Source of the DNA: Eledone cirrhosa
Lineage: Eukaryota
Direction: 5' to 3'
Assembly: GCA_964016885.1 (NCBI GenBank)
Contig: OZ024757.1
Location: 9,486,001-9,550,000 of the forward strand
DNA: 64,000 nt
The notes below the pieces were generated by a model. The model was given only the letters and a program-made list of their open reading frames with translations. It was not told the DNA's origin and did no database searches. Both the position numbers and the translations under genes were made by a program. Positions 39,201-51,716 of the stretch are shown here, one piece after another (within the stretch, counting starts at the first letter, position 1; each line of letters begins with the position of its first letter).

Positions 39201-40546
39201 AATAATGGAATCCAGATACCAACAGGTGAGATGATAAAGGAAATTGACTCCGAGGAAGGATACAAGTACTTGGGCGTTCTGGAGGCTGATGACATCAAGA
39301 ACAAAAAAATGAAGGAATTGATAAGAACTGAATACCTTCGGAGAGTAAGGAGCGTATTAAAGTCACATCTGAACAGTAGGAATGCCATAAGTGCAGTAAA
39401 TTCCCGAGCTGTGTCTATTATTAGGTACAGTGCGGGAATTCTGAGATGGAATGTTGTTGAACAAAAAGAAATGGATAGGAAGACTAGGAAGCTATTGTTC
39501 CACAAGAGGAGTGATATCGATAGACTCTACTTAAGGAGATCTGAGGGTGGAAAAGGTCTTGTCAGCATAGAGGACTGTGTTCAGATGCAGAAAAACAACC
39601 TACACAAATACGTAACTGATAGTAAGGAGCCAATGCTCAGAACTGTACTGAAGGAGAGGACAATAGGCCAGGGGATGTCCAAGGAGGAAATAACATCAAG
39701 GAGGAAGAGCAGCCTTCAGGAAAAATCCCTTCATAGTACCTTCTTTGAGAAAACTGAATTTAGAGATCCACAGACATGGAACTGGTTGAAAAGAGAAGAC
39801 CTTAAAAAGGCTAAAGAAGGAATGTTAATGGCTGCGCAGGAGCAGGCCCTCAAAACGAAGTGGTTGAAACACCACATTTACAAGGAGGAGGCTAGCCCAC
39901 TGTGCAGGATCTGTGGAGAGAGAGAGGAGACTGTGGCTCACATTGTATCCGAGTGTAAACACCTAGCCCAGACTCACTATAAGGGCTGGAGACATGATGT
40001 GATGGGCAGGGTGATCCACTGGCACCTATGCAATGTAAACAATTTACCACATTCTGAGAAGTGGTGTGAGCATAAGCCAGAGTCGGTGATAGAAAACGAT
40101 CAGGTGAAGGTGCTGTGGGAGTTTAGGATACAGACGGACAAGAAACTGGAACACAATAGACCTGACCTGGTGGTTTTGGACAAAGAAAAAAGATCGTGCC
40201 TGATTGTGGATGTAGCCTGCCCATTCGACACGAGAGTGCAAGAGAAGGAGAGGGAGAAAATTAACCGATACCAGGACTTAAAGTGGGAGGTGAAAAGGAT
40301 TTGGAACTGCCATGAAGTCAAAGTGATCCCGATTGTCATAGGCGCACTAGCGACTATCTCCAAAAGTTTCCAGGGATGGTTAACGAAAATTGGCCCCTTC
40401 ACGCTTTTTGGAACGCTTCAAAAGGCATGCTTGCTGGGAACAGCAAGAACCCTCCGATACGTCCTGAATATCTGAGGCTGCAGGTAGTGGCTTGATATTC
40501 ATTTCAACAAACTTTCCAGTTAACTAACATCAATGACTGAGACTAA
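36213..40546 (+). mobile_element. Tandem array of three 5'-truncated R4/Dong family 1 copies separated by (AAT)n
   Basis: ORFs 36212-37558, 37858-38931 and 39231-40475; units 2 and 3 are offset by 1373 bp with identical 5' breakpoints. Confidence 0.92.
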
Positions 40547-40551
40547 AAAAA

Positions 40552-40585
<34 letters not shown>

Positions 40586-40636
40586 TGTGACTTGGTGATA
40601 ACTCGTATGAACATAAAGCAAGGTAAATGCAACTGT
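40586..40636 (+). mobile_element. About 50-bp 3' stub of R4 family 2 in (AAT)n
   Basis: Matches 25267-25317. Confidence 0.85.
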
Positions 40637-40654
40637 AATAATAATAATAATAAT

Positions 40655-41298
40655 GATTTCTTTATTGGCCACAAGGGCTGACACCAAGAAAAACATTACA
40701 GACGACGGCATAGGACGGTACAGGACGGTACGATCTGGGTTTTGTGCGTGTAAAGATCTTTATATAAGAAAAGAAGAAAAAAAAGACATAGAAACATATA
40801 TATATATATATATATATAAACATATGTAAACAATAAAAATCAAATTGAAACAATGAAAAATTCCCCAATAGGGGGGAAACCTCCGAGGGTTACACGTGGC
40901 GAAAACCACACAAAATACCACGGCCACCTTGACCACCAGGGCCAGCGCCCTCTCTCAAGTTTTTCCATTTCTCAAACTACAGGCGTATATTGAGAGCGGT
41001 CCCGTTCACTCGGACCATTCTCAATACATTCACCCACCACTGCTAGGCCAGGGATTTTTGGAAGTTATCCATAGGCCCTGGGCTGAAAGTTCTCCGGAAG
41101 AGAGCAAACAGCTGATCTTTTTCGACGCCCAGGATCTCTCCGAGAACGTCGTCGCTCTTCCCCTCCACTAGTCCTCTATAGAACGCCGAGGTGGATGTTC
41201 CACTGATACTGGTGCCTAGCTGGCAGAGGGCAGTGAGGGCCTGGAGACATACTTACTTATTTCTTGATGTCAGCTCTTGTGGCCAATAAAGAAATCAA
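40655..41298 (-). mobile_element. Tx1-like LINE 3' fragment with an inverted extra 3' tail
   Basis: Homologous to 30292-31240 with deletions; + strand tail CTTGTGGCCAATAAAGAAATC at about 41276-41296. Confidence 0.8.
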
Positions 41299-41304
41299 TA
41301 ATAA

Positions 41305-41468
41305 TTGTTTCTACGTTTGGCACAAGGCCAGCAATTACCCAGTGTATTGCTGGTACTTTATTTTATCGACCCCGTAAGGATGAAAGGCAAAGTTAACCTC
41401 GGAGAGATTTGAACTCAGACCATAAAGGGCCGTAACTCTTTGCTGCAAAGCATGGCGTCCGACCCTCG
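41305..41468 (-). mobile_element. SINE family A inside (AAT)n
   Basis: AAT repeats on both sides. Confidence 0.85.
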
Positions 41469-41489
41469 ATAATAATAATAATAATGGTA

Positions 41490-42985
41490 AACATACATAT
41501 GCACGTAGATCCAAGTCTGAACTCCCACTGTCATCGCCTCCATCTCTCTCGCCCTACCCAACTCTCACTGTCATGAGCAAATGGGACCTCGTGCGCTGGC
41601 CGCCCATGGCTCCGGCGGACAGAATGGAGAAGGCGTTTCCCCGGAGGATGGTAAAGGAGATGCGCTGGAAAAGTCATTCCCTCTCGTGAGGCTCACACCT
41701 GCGGCACCCCAGCTCAGCGCCTATGGTGGTAGTTGAGGAGATAGCCCTAGGGCCACAGACACCGGAGGTTTCCACTGCTAGGGGCTTGACTGCAAACCTG
41801 TTGGAGAGCAATCGATATTTGGAGAGTAGACCCTCCTCAGCCCGAAGTGCAGAAGAATCTGGGTTAGTTGCAGACTGCACCAGGTTGCCGCTGGAGAATC
41901 TGTCGCTGCATGTGGCATCCCAGGCTAGGGGTTTACCACCACGTAACTGGAAGATGGTCATGCCGTCTGGCCTTTTGCCTTCACCTCTGTCCAGCCCCAC
42001 CGGCTGAAGCTAGGAGGGAAAGCCTGCAGCATCCAAGCCATGCTTTATAACCTCGTTGAGAACAGCATGGTGTGGAAGGCGGCCAGCAATGTAGTGACAG
42101 GACAGCAGGTGGAGGCCAAAAGAGTCTACGGTGGATCTGCAGCGACATTTGTGAGGCTTGCACATATGGAGGCCAAGCCTCAGGGAAACCGTGATGTGCA
42201 GGCTATCATTGTCCAGCTGCGTGCCAGTAGAAAGGGAGAGTAAAGCATGGAGCCATGAAGTGCTGTGAGATTGCAATGCCAAGCGAAAAAATGCGAGGCG
42301 GTGCTGGTCGAACTGGCGCGCTAGCCTGTCCGAGGCCATGTTGCACTGGATGGCATCCCAAATACTCTGGGGGGACATGACTTCGATAGGGGGAAAGCAT
42401 AAAATCGGCTACTGGGCTGAGTCCGAGCCGGTTCCACGTCTCGCAGGCGGCCACACATTCCTCGATCTCAGTGGGTTCCATTGTGTTTAGGAGAACCTTG
42501 TTGATGAGGATGCGGCATAAGGTTACCGACGAAAGAAACACCGGCAAAGCCAGCGAGATCGGGGGCCGGAGGCCAAGGCCACCGTATCGAATAGGTAAGA
42601 TGGCCTGTTGACGTTGCATATCTCCTTAGCTGCTGCTCGGATACAAGTGTCGGGGTCAGCAAGTACAGATGTGTGGCTGTTGCAAGGATCGCTACGAAGA
42701 ATATAGAGGAGCTTCTGCATGGTGAAGCAGTTCCTCAACAGGAAGAGGGCTGGATGGACGTCAATCATGCTCAGTCAGTTCGTGAGAATCTTGAGCTGCT
42801 GGAGCCTAGACCTGATGGCCGGCAGGTGGATCGGTGATCCGAGGTTTAGGACATCCTCTTTAGGGGACTCTTGTACCTGGAGGAGTATAGATCGCGCGTC
42901 CGAGACGAAGATTGTAAAGCTCTCTGAATCGTGGTTGACACCTCCGACTTGGACGGGCTGGCCTCGAGGCCGACTCTTACCAAAG
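41490..42985 (-). mobile_element. CRE-clade LINE, 5'-truncated and degraded
   Basis: Colinear with 4140-5580; GKRPDGMT..WDATCSD and LPIRYGGLGL. Confidence 0.85.
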
Positions 42986-42989
42986 AAGG

Positions 42990-44692
42990 AACCACTCTGT
43001 TAAACGCAGATTTCAAGATTTTGGCCAAGGTGTTAGCAACGAGATTGGCGCTTGTTGTCGGTGATCTGGTGGGAGAGCCGCAGACATGCGCCATTCCAGA
43101 CAGATCCGTCCACGACAACCTCCACCTCATGCGATACATCATAGAGAGGGTGGTTAACGAACCTGGCACGGGTGGGGCCTTGATTAACTTGGATCAATCT
43201 AAGGCATTTTCTAGGGTCCACCATCGGTACCTTGCTGCGGTCCTCAAGGCGGTCGGTTTCGAGTCCATTTTCAGGGGTTGGATCGCTGCGATGCACAGCG
43301 ACGTCTTCTCAGTTATGAAGGTGAAAGGTCATCTGTCACAGCCGTTCAGAATCATGCGCTCGGTCCGCCAGGGTTGTCCACTCTCGTCGCTCTTGTACGT
43401 ATTGGCCCTAGAGCCGTTACTGCACAAATTGGAGGCGATGACAGGCGTCCACGTGAACTGGGATGTAGGAGATCCGTATCGGCTTACGCCGACGACGTCA
43501 CCGTGGTGGTATCAAGCACCAGTCATGTCCAGATGCTCGGCACTGCTCTCAAGGAATATGAAAGTGATAGGAGCAAAGTTAAACCAGGAATAGTCGGTGA
43601 GCTTGCAGCTCGGCACCTGGAAAGGCAAGTTCATGCCGCCCGGCAGCGTCGTAGGGCGCTGGACGGAAGGACCGGTTAAATTGCTCCAGATGGAGAAAAC
43701 CTGGAGCGAGGTGACGAGCAGGGTGGCCTGTCTCACCCAGAAATGGACCGGGAGAAAGCTGTCCCTGAAAGGTCGAGCAGAGGTGGCGAACACGTTCATG
43801 GCATCCGTCATCAGCTACCGCCCCAGCCCCAACTCTGACAAAAATGGAGCGCCTCCTCTTCCGCTTTTTATGGAAGGGACGATCAGCTGTTCGCTCTATT
43901 CAAGAGAACTTTCAGCCCGGGGCCTATGGACAACTTCCAGAAATCCCTGGCCTGGCAGTGCTACCGCGAAGCGTTTTACGGTTCGAGATAAGCTCTACAG
44001 GCACGGAAGTGCCGTCAGCCGAATCCGTCCGAGATGCGCACATGGCGACGAAGCCGTTGTGCACGCACTCGTTCAGTGTCCGAGCATTGCTGACTCGTGG
44101 AGCTATGTCGAACATTTGCTGTCACGTGAAAGACGGATCCGGTTATCAGCTTGTGCAGATAGCCTCGGCGTCTTCCTTTAAAGAGGAGGAAGGGCAGGCA
44201 GTTTTCATCGCCTGGTGGCCATGGTGAAAGGGATTGTATGGTGGACAAGGTTGAAAGGATTGAAGACGGAGACTTTCCTCCTCAGCCAATCCCTGATTAA
44301 CTTTTTCAAATTTCACTTGAATTTGGAAAATCGGGATAGAGAGGCAAGTGCTGTCTTCTAGTAATTTTGTTGAAAGGTGGGAGAAAGTGGCGTGTCTGGC
44401 CGAGTGAACGGGGCTGCTCAAAGTATGCGCCTGTAGACTGAGGTGTGGAAAACTGAGAGGGAACTTGCCCTGGTTGTCAGGGTGGCCGTGGCCTTTTGGG
44501 GAGTGTTCGCCACGAGTGACCCTCGGAAGCTTCCCCCCTTTTTGGGTAATTTTTGTTGTTTGAATTTTTTTGATTTCTAGCCTGTTATAACCTGTTTACA
44601 CGACCAAAACCCACTTTGTATCATCCTGTACTGTTCTGTGTCGTCTGTAATGTTATTCTTCATGTTAGCCCTTGTGGCCAATAAAGAATACA
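42990..44692 (+). mobile_element. Tx1-like LINE, 5'-truncated and degraded, (ATT)n tail
   Basis: TLLNADFKILAKVLA, LDQSKAF, RQGCPLS, AYADD; tail CCCTTGTGGCCAATAAAGAATAC-ATTATTATT. Confidence 0.9.
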
Positions 44693-44721
44693 TTATTATT
44701 GTTATAATTATATTACACTCT

Positions 44722-44900
44722 AGGGTGGTGGATTGGCTGTATCGGTAGAGGGAAGGACGCCATGCTTTGCAGCAAAGAGTTACGGCCCTTTATTATCTGA
44801 GTTCAAATCCTGCCGAGGTTAACTTTGCCTTTCATCCTTCCATGGTCGATAAAATAAAGTACCAATCATGCACTGGTGTCGATCTAATCGACTTTCTCCT
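44722..44900 (+). mobile_element. SINE family A
   Basis: A-box, B-box and core. Confidence 0.85.
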
Positions 44901-44949
44901 CCCCCAATCGGGTAGTAAAGTGGGTAATGTGTATATATATATAATGATA

Positions 44950-45430
44950 ATAATAATAACAATATATGGGAACAAAGAATCAGTATTGTATCATATACAT
45001 ATTTAATTACATATTACATATGTTTCACTGTTGATCAGCTCGAGGAACGATCAAATAATGATCGATCCTGACTCTGGAATTGGAAGCTCCTCTGATATAT
45101 GTTCATGTGTAGACTCATTACTCTACAGTAAACAATAACTCTCTACTTGAGAGGGCCATGGTGTTCTAATCCTAATTTGAAAGACTTCGCCAGGCGGTGC
45201 TATTAAGTTAGATATGTGAACACATCTGAGGAGCTTCCGATTCCAGAGTCAGCATCGATCATTAATCGATCGTTCCTCGAGCTGATCGACAGTGAAACAT
45301 ATGTAATATGTAATTAAATATGTATATGATGTAATACTGATTCTTTGTTCCCTATTTGTTGTTATTATTGATACTCTGCTCCCCACGAACATCAAGTGCT
45401 CATCTTGGCATACAGGCTACGGAAGCAATT
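44950..45430 (+). mobile_element. Penelope-like mini-element with about 145-bp inverted arms
   Basis: 44953-45097 is the reverse complement of 45222-45366; TA flanks. Confidence 0.65.
45220..45311 (+). ncRNA. Hammerhead-like motif with an expanded stem II
   Basis: ACACAT-CTGAGGA-[61 nt]-GAAA-CATATG-TA-ATATGT. Confidence 0.55.
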
Positions 45431-46667
45431 AATTTGCACCTCTAATACCTATATATATATATATGGTGTTGACCTCAACTGTCGAGGTCAACACCAAGAA
45501 CATAGAACAAGTTAGTTCTCCTCTGTTACTGCTGCAGTTATAGTCAACACCACCAACTTCTATATATATGTATGTAAAGCATGTTATTTTATACCATATT
45601 CTTATTATTATCCAACTCAACTCCATTATAAATGTTATTACTTCCGTAGTATGAAGAAGCCCACGTGGCTAAAACCGGTATGATAAATTTCTTTTTTGTA
45701 AATAAATGTTTTGCTGTTATTCTATAAAAAAATCCCATTAGCATTTTCTACTTTTTTTTTATTATTATTATATATATCAACTAGAGTGTCACTCCCTAAC
45801 ATTCTAAATATATAAGTTAACGAGATATCATTTAAGGTAATCCTAGTAGAGGTTATGATTACTCTGTATCGAGGATAGTTTTAACATTCGGCATTGTTTG
45901 ACTCAACAAGAAGTTTCCTTAGTTGGGTGGCCAATTCAAGACAGTTCCTCAGTAAGCGGTTCTTTGAATAATAATAGTAAATGAGTGAATAACGTGGTCG
46001 GCTGTACAATAGGGTTTATTCAACGTATTAACAATTGTTTCTTTAGTCTGGTGTTGTTTAAATTCTAACAATGGAGCCTTTGTTTCTTAGAGACCAGCTT
46101 CTTTCTTCATCTGATTATTCATACATACATGTTAGTAAAAATCTAAGTGATACTTTACAAAAACAATCTGAATGTAGCAGTAAAGATATGCAAGACTTTT
46201 CTAAAGTTCAACAAATGACACTCACCATTTTTGTTATTTAAATTCTATCAAGAGAATTTGGTCCTTTGGTAGAAACTAGCTCCTTCTTTACTGGAAGAAT
46301 TCATATAATTTTTCTAAATAGAAGACATACATACATGTATGCATACATACACACACACACACATGCATTGCTGTTGGACCTCTTTCAGTTTCGACAATGA
46401 GTGTTCCAGTTGTTTGAAGAATGGAACAGCTTAATAATGAAATTAACAAGTGGCTGAGCATTCCTCAGACATATGCATCCTTAACATAGTCTTTAGGGAG
46501 ATTCTGTGTAACATGGTTGGCCCTTTGACATACAAGCACATTTTTATTTAAGCTGAGTGGACTGGAACAACATAAAATGAAATATCTTGCTCAAGTCAAT
46601 GTGTGGCCAGGTTCAAGAATCAAAACTCCTTATTTTACAACCATGAGTCCAAAACCTTAATTATTAA

Positions 46668-46853
46668 TCCTTTAGCATTTACATTAATTACTCTATATAC
46701 TATTGTATTTTCACAGTAAAATCTTTATTTTACATATTGAATCTATGAGATTTGATATTATTTATTTTGAGAACAATACCTTAACATTAGTATGGGTGGC
46801 CAGTGATATGAACAGAAAGTGAGAGAATTCTGGCCGATTTAAATGCTAAAGGG
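46668..46853. mobile_element. piggyBac-type MITE
   Basis: TTAA on both sides; TIRs (T)CCTTTAGCATTTA / TAAATGCTAAAGGG; partial second copy at about 52490-52669. Confidence 0.7.
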
Positions 46854-47439
46854 TTAAGTTATGCATCTTCATACACACACACACACACACACAAATACAG
46901 AGACATAATTAAAAACCAAAAATAATTTACATTATAATAATCCAGCTTTATTAAAGCAATTGTACAATTATTTAGAAAAAAAAATGACTAAAAGAGTGCT
47001 TTGTGTTTTACTGGAACATGAATGAACAATGGAAACAAAATATAAAAAAAAATATGTATAAACATGTTTTGTGTTGTGTTTTCTTAGTTGGTCCACCATA
47101 TTTTTAGTGTTTTTTTTAAAAGAAAAATGATGTAAAGAAGAATAAAAAAAAGGAAAGGAACCAATTGCCAGATCTGACTGACCAAGGAAACTGTCTTCAT
47201 TGGTCTTTTCAATGTTGATACTATGTCAGTTGTAATTCCTGTTTCAACTATTGTAGAATGTCTACTAACCCTTACTCAGATATATATATATATATACATA
47301 CATACACGCACACGTATATATATATACACACACATATGTATATACATATATATGCACACATATATATATAAACATATATATACACACATATATATATAAA
47401 CATTTATATACACATATATACATATATAAACACACACAT

Positions 47440-47522
<83 letters not shown>

Positions 47523-47681
47523 AATATACAGATATGAAGTGTTTGCAATTCGAAGACCAGGACAAACCAGATCAATATAGTAGTGGATGCAGATTCAGGA
47601 ACAGAGTGAATATCAGAGTGTGTCTATTTATGTGTATATATGAATATATATATATGCACACATATATATATATATATATAT

Positions 47682-49320
47682 GTAAACCCCTCTACTTAGC
47701 TTTTGTCGACTTGGAGAAAGCCTTCGACAGAGTCCCCCGCTCCATTATCTGGTGGGCTCTTAGAAAACTAGGCGTTGACGAATGGCTTGTGAGGGCTATA
47801 CAAGCCATGTATAAAGAAACAGTCAGCAAGGTTAGAATTAACAACGAATATAGTGAAGAGTTTAGCGTAAAAGTTGGCGTCCATCAGGGCTCTGTTCTCA
47901 GTCCACTACTATTTATTATTGCCCTTCAGGCTATAACAGAGGAGTTCAAGACAGGCTGCCCATGGGAACTCCTATACGCAGACGACCTGACACTCATAGC
48001 GGAATCAATGGCCGAGCTAGAGAAGAAATTCCAAACATGGAAGCACGGCCTAGAGTCAAAAGGACTTAAAATTAACCTGGCTAAGACCAAAGTACTAGTT
48101 TGTAGGAAAGAAAACAAGGCGGCGGTCCCTTCTGGGAAATGGTCGTGCTCGGTGTGTAGGAAAGGCGTAGGTAGAAACTCCATTTTATGTCCTAAATGCA
48201 AAGTATGGGTGCATAAAAGATGTAGTGGGATCACAGGTAAGCTAACTAAGAACATATATTTTACATGTGGCCGGTGCTCTGGTGCAATAAGTAGCAGCAA
48301 GTGCCCACAAACTACTAGCTCTTTCAATTGCGCAGAGGGTTCTATAGAAATAGTGGACAGCTTCCGTTACCTGGGCGATAAAATCAGCAGTGGGGGAGGG
48401 TGCTCTGAAAGTACTGTAGCTAGAGTCAGAACTGGTTGGAAAAAGTTCAGAGAGCTATTAGCTGCTAAAGGGTTCTCACTAAAAATGAAAGGCAGGTTGT
48501 ACGATGCCTGCATACGAACAGAAATGCTGCATGGCAGTGAGACCTGGGCATTGTGTGCAGAGGATATACGCAGACTAGAGAGAAACGAAGCTTGCATGCT
48601 CCGCTGGATGTGTAACAGTAATATACGTGAACGGCAAAGCATAAACGAACTAAGGAAAAAATTAGAGATAAGAGGGATCAGATGTTGTTTACTCGAGAGA
48701 AGGCTACGTTGGTATGGACACGTGATGCGCATGAAAGTCGATAGCTGTATAACAAAGTGCAGGGCAATAAAGATAGACGGTAGTCACGGAATAGGCAGAC
48801 CTAGAAAAACCTGGGACGAGCTGATAAACTCCGACATCACACACTTACACCTCTCCAAGACAATGTCACTGGACCGAGACCTTTGGCGGTACTCAGTAAC
48901 AGAGAAGACCCGCCTTACCTAAATATATAGTAAAACCTACTCCAGCCAGTAGGCATCTCTAACAAAATACACCCCGTCCCACCACCACCACCCCCACCCC
49001 ATCCACACCACCCCGTTCTATGTAAAGTTATGTTGGTGCCGCGCCATCGAGGCCGAAACAAATGAGATCGTGTAGGTGTCACGACAAAAAAACACACAGT
49101 CCACGCTGTAATGTGGCCGTGTAGGCAACACGGTAAAAACCTCCCAGACCCACACTGTAAATGTGGTTGGTGTTAGGAAGGGCATCCAACTGTAGAAAAC
49201 CTGCCAGACAGTCCTATGCGAGCAAGACAATCACTCTTGCCTCAAGTGGGACTACCCCCGTCCAAACCCATGCAAGCATGGAACACGGACGTTAAACGTT
49301 GATGATGATGATGATGATGA
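47682..49320 (+). mobile_element. RTE-clade LINE, 5'-truncated, RT with a PHD-like finger, (GAT)n tail
   Basis: ORF to 48922: AFVDLEKAFDRVP, GVHQGSVLSP, LLYADDL, RLRWYGHVMR, GRPRKTW; tail GGACGTTAAACG..(GAT)n. Confidence 0.92.
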
Positions 49321-49337
49321 CACACACATACCCATAT

Positions 49338-49374
<37 letters not shown>

Positions 49375-49599
49375 GTGTATGTATATATATAACACCATCA
49401 TTTTTAAGTCTGCTTTCCACATTAGTATGGCTTCTATGACTGTAGTTTCCTAACCCTGAACAACTTACATCATGTATATATGTATGTATATATAATATTG
49501 AAAGATTCTTTTTGTAGAATAAATTTTAACAGCTTTTATATTTATCTTGTTTTATGCCACCAATAATAAAAATAATTATAGCATTTGTATATTTTCTTA

Positions 49600-49934
49600 G
49601 TAATATAATAGCCTTGTGTATTCGTCTGTCACACAATAGAGATGGCTGATGTCGATTGAGGAAGGAAGTAGTGATTATGTCGACTGGGGAAGGAAAGGGT
49701 GTCTAATACACATACATCTATATAATGACTGATGAAGGAAGATGGGGTGAGAAACAATAGAAGTCCAGTATTCTAAGATTCGTCACAGCTGTGTTTGTAT
49801 GTTTGTATCACTTGTGTGAGTGCGAAGGAAGCAAGCAAGCAACCAAACAACCAAGCAACCAACAAACACCTCTTTTTTATATTATGTATAGATATTACAA
49901 TTACCTTCATTTTTGACGGCCTGTGGCTAGCTAG
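49600..49934 (+). mobile_element. Non-autonomous Helitron-like element, unexpanded relative of 1-1412
   Basis: About 2 degenerate 28-bp units followed by the same 3' module, ending CTAG-T. Confidence 0.65.
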
Positions 49935-50240
49935 TATAAACTAATAACTGACATTAACACAATAAGTGAATACTTCTTTTTTAAATTGTACTTTTTTTAA
50001 ATATGAAAAAAAAAAAAAAAAAGGAAAATAGCCAATTGTCAGACCAAACCAACAAATCAATGTTTCCATTGATGAAACTATCTGAACGTTACAATTCCTG
50101 GCAGGAGGAAGAAGGATTTCAACTCAAGACTGCAACAGAGCTAGGTCACATGCGGCAAAATATTCTATCTGATTATTTAACAAATTCTACCGAATCCCTG
50201 CCCACTGGACTGGTACTTTATTTTTATTGACTTCAAAAGG

Positions 50241-50486
50241 GCATGTGGTTAGAATATCTCAGGAAAGAATCATTAGACAGATATTACAAGCAAAACCAAC
50301 CAGCAGGAGACCCAGAGGTAGATCCCACAAGCAAGATGGGTGGATAACATCCATGAGATTGGTTGGTCTCACTTGGGGATCCTGCCGAATTAGGTGGAGA
50401 TGGTTGCTTCTGACAGGACCCACTGGAAGATGTGTTTGCAGACTCTGCCTCCAAGACCCTCTCAGATATGAGTGGGTGAAGAAGAA
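50241..50486 (+). mobile_element. RTE LINE 3' stub with a (GAA)n tail, inserted in a SINE A-like copy (50200-50600, minus strand)
   Basis: GHVVRI..RPRGR..W; TSD gacttcaaaagg (50229-50240) / gacttctaaagg (50487-50498). Confidence 0.75.
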
Positions 50487-50929
50487 GACTTCTAAAGGAC
50501 AAAGTTGACCTCGGCAGAGTTTGAACTCAGAATATAATATGTCAGAACAAATGCTGGGACAAATTCAATGCTCTAAGGACTCTGCCAATGAGCCACTTAT
50601 GTGGAAAATGCGAGTTGTGGTGTAGATTGTAATCAAGAAGAAAAAAAACCCAGAAAATGAAACAGAAATAAAAAAATTAAAAAAAGTGAAGAAAACAATG
50701 AGGTGTTTGTTTTTAAAAAATCCAATTTCCTCTGTTGAAGCAAGGAATTTGTTTTTACTGTGGTAGAGGATATTATTATCATAGTTAATCACTCAACCAT
50801 GAAGTGAATAGGTCTATCTGTCTAATCAGGAATGACCTCCTAAGATTACAAGGCTACATTAAAAAAAAACAAATGAAAGAAAAAACAAAGTGAGAGTAGA
50901 AAGTTTTGTATCCAACACACACTAAGGCA

Positions 50930-51092
50930 AGTAGTAGTAGTAGTAATAGTAGCAGTAGCAGTTGTAGTAATCAGAGTAGTAGCAGCAGCAATAATAATAG
51001 TTGTGGTAGCAGTAGTAATAGAAGTAACAGTAGCAGCAGTAGTTATAGTAGAAATAGTAGTAGTATCAGCAACAGTCGTTATAGTAGTAGTA
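50930..51092. repeat. (AGT/AGC)n low-complexity tract
   Basis: Direct reading. Confidence 0.85.
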
Positions 51093-51234
51093 TGTGTTTT
51101 ACCAAGGGAAAAAACAGAGATCATACTGAGAAAAGTTTGAATTCCTCAGGGAAAGATCATCAGCCCAGAAGTTTAAATTCACTCATAGAAAGCAAGAAAA
51201 AAATACAAGAAATAAAATCAAATAATAATAATAA

Positions 51235-51716
51235 TGGTTTCTTATATAGGCACAAGGCTAACAATTTCGGGGTGAAGGGAAAGTTGATTAAATCGACCCC
51301 AGTACAGGAACTTTATTTTATCAACTCCTCAACAGGATTTGAACTCAGAATGTGAAGGGACATAACTATATGCCACAAAACATGCTGTCCAATGTTCTAC
51401 TCATACTGCCAATCCACTGCCCTAAATAATAATAGTGGTTTTTGATTTAGGCACAAGGCCAACATTTTAGGGGGAGGGGAAAGTCAATTAAATCACCCCA
51501 GTGCATTACTGGTACTTTATTTTATCGAGCCCATACAGATGAAAGAATAATAATAATAATAATTGTTTCTACTGTTGGCACAAGGCCAGGAATTATCTCA
51601 GTACATTACTGGTACTTTATTTTATCGACCCCGTAAGGATGAAAGTTAAAATTAACCTCAGCGGGATTTGAACTCAAACCATAAAGAGGCGCAACTGTGC
51701 TGATTCTGCCAATCCA
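51235..51716 (-). mobile_element. Three tandem SINE A copies, each joined by AAT repeats
   Basis: GGCACAAGGC tails at about 51249, 51450 and 51577, each preceded by (AAT)n. Confidence 0.8.

Noticed and set aside
50906-51355. Ser-rich 149-aa ORF
   Set aside because: Low-complexity AGT/AGC repeat running into an antisense SINE
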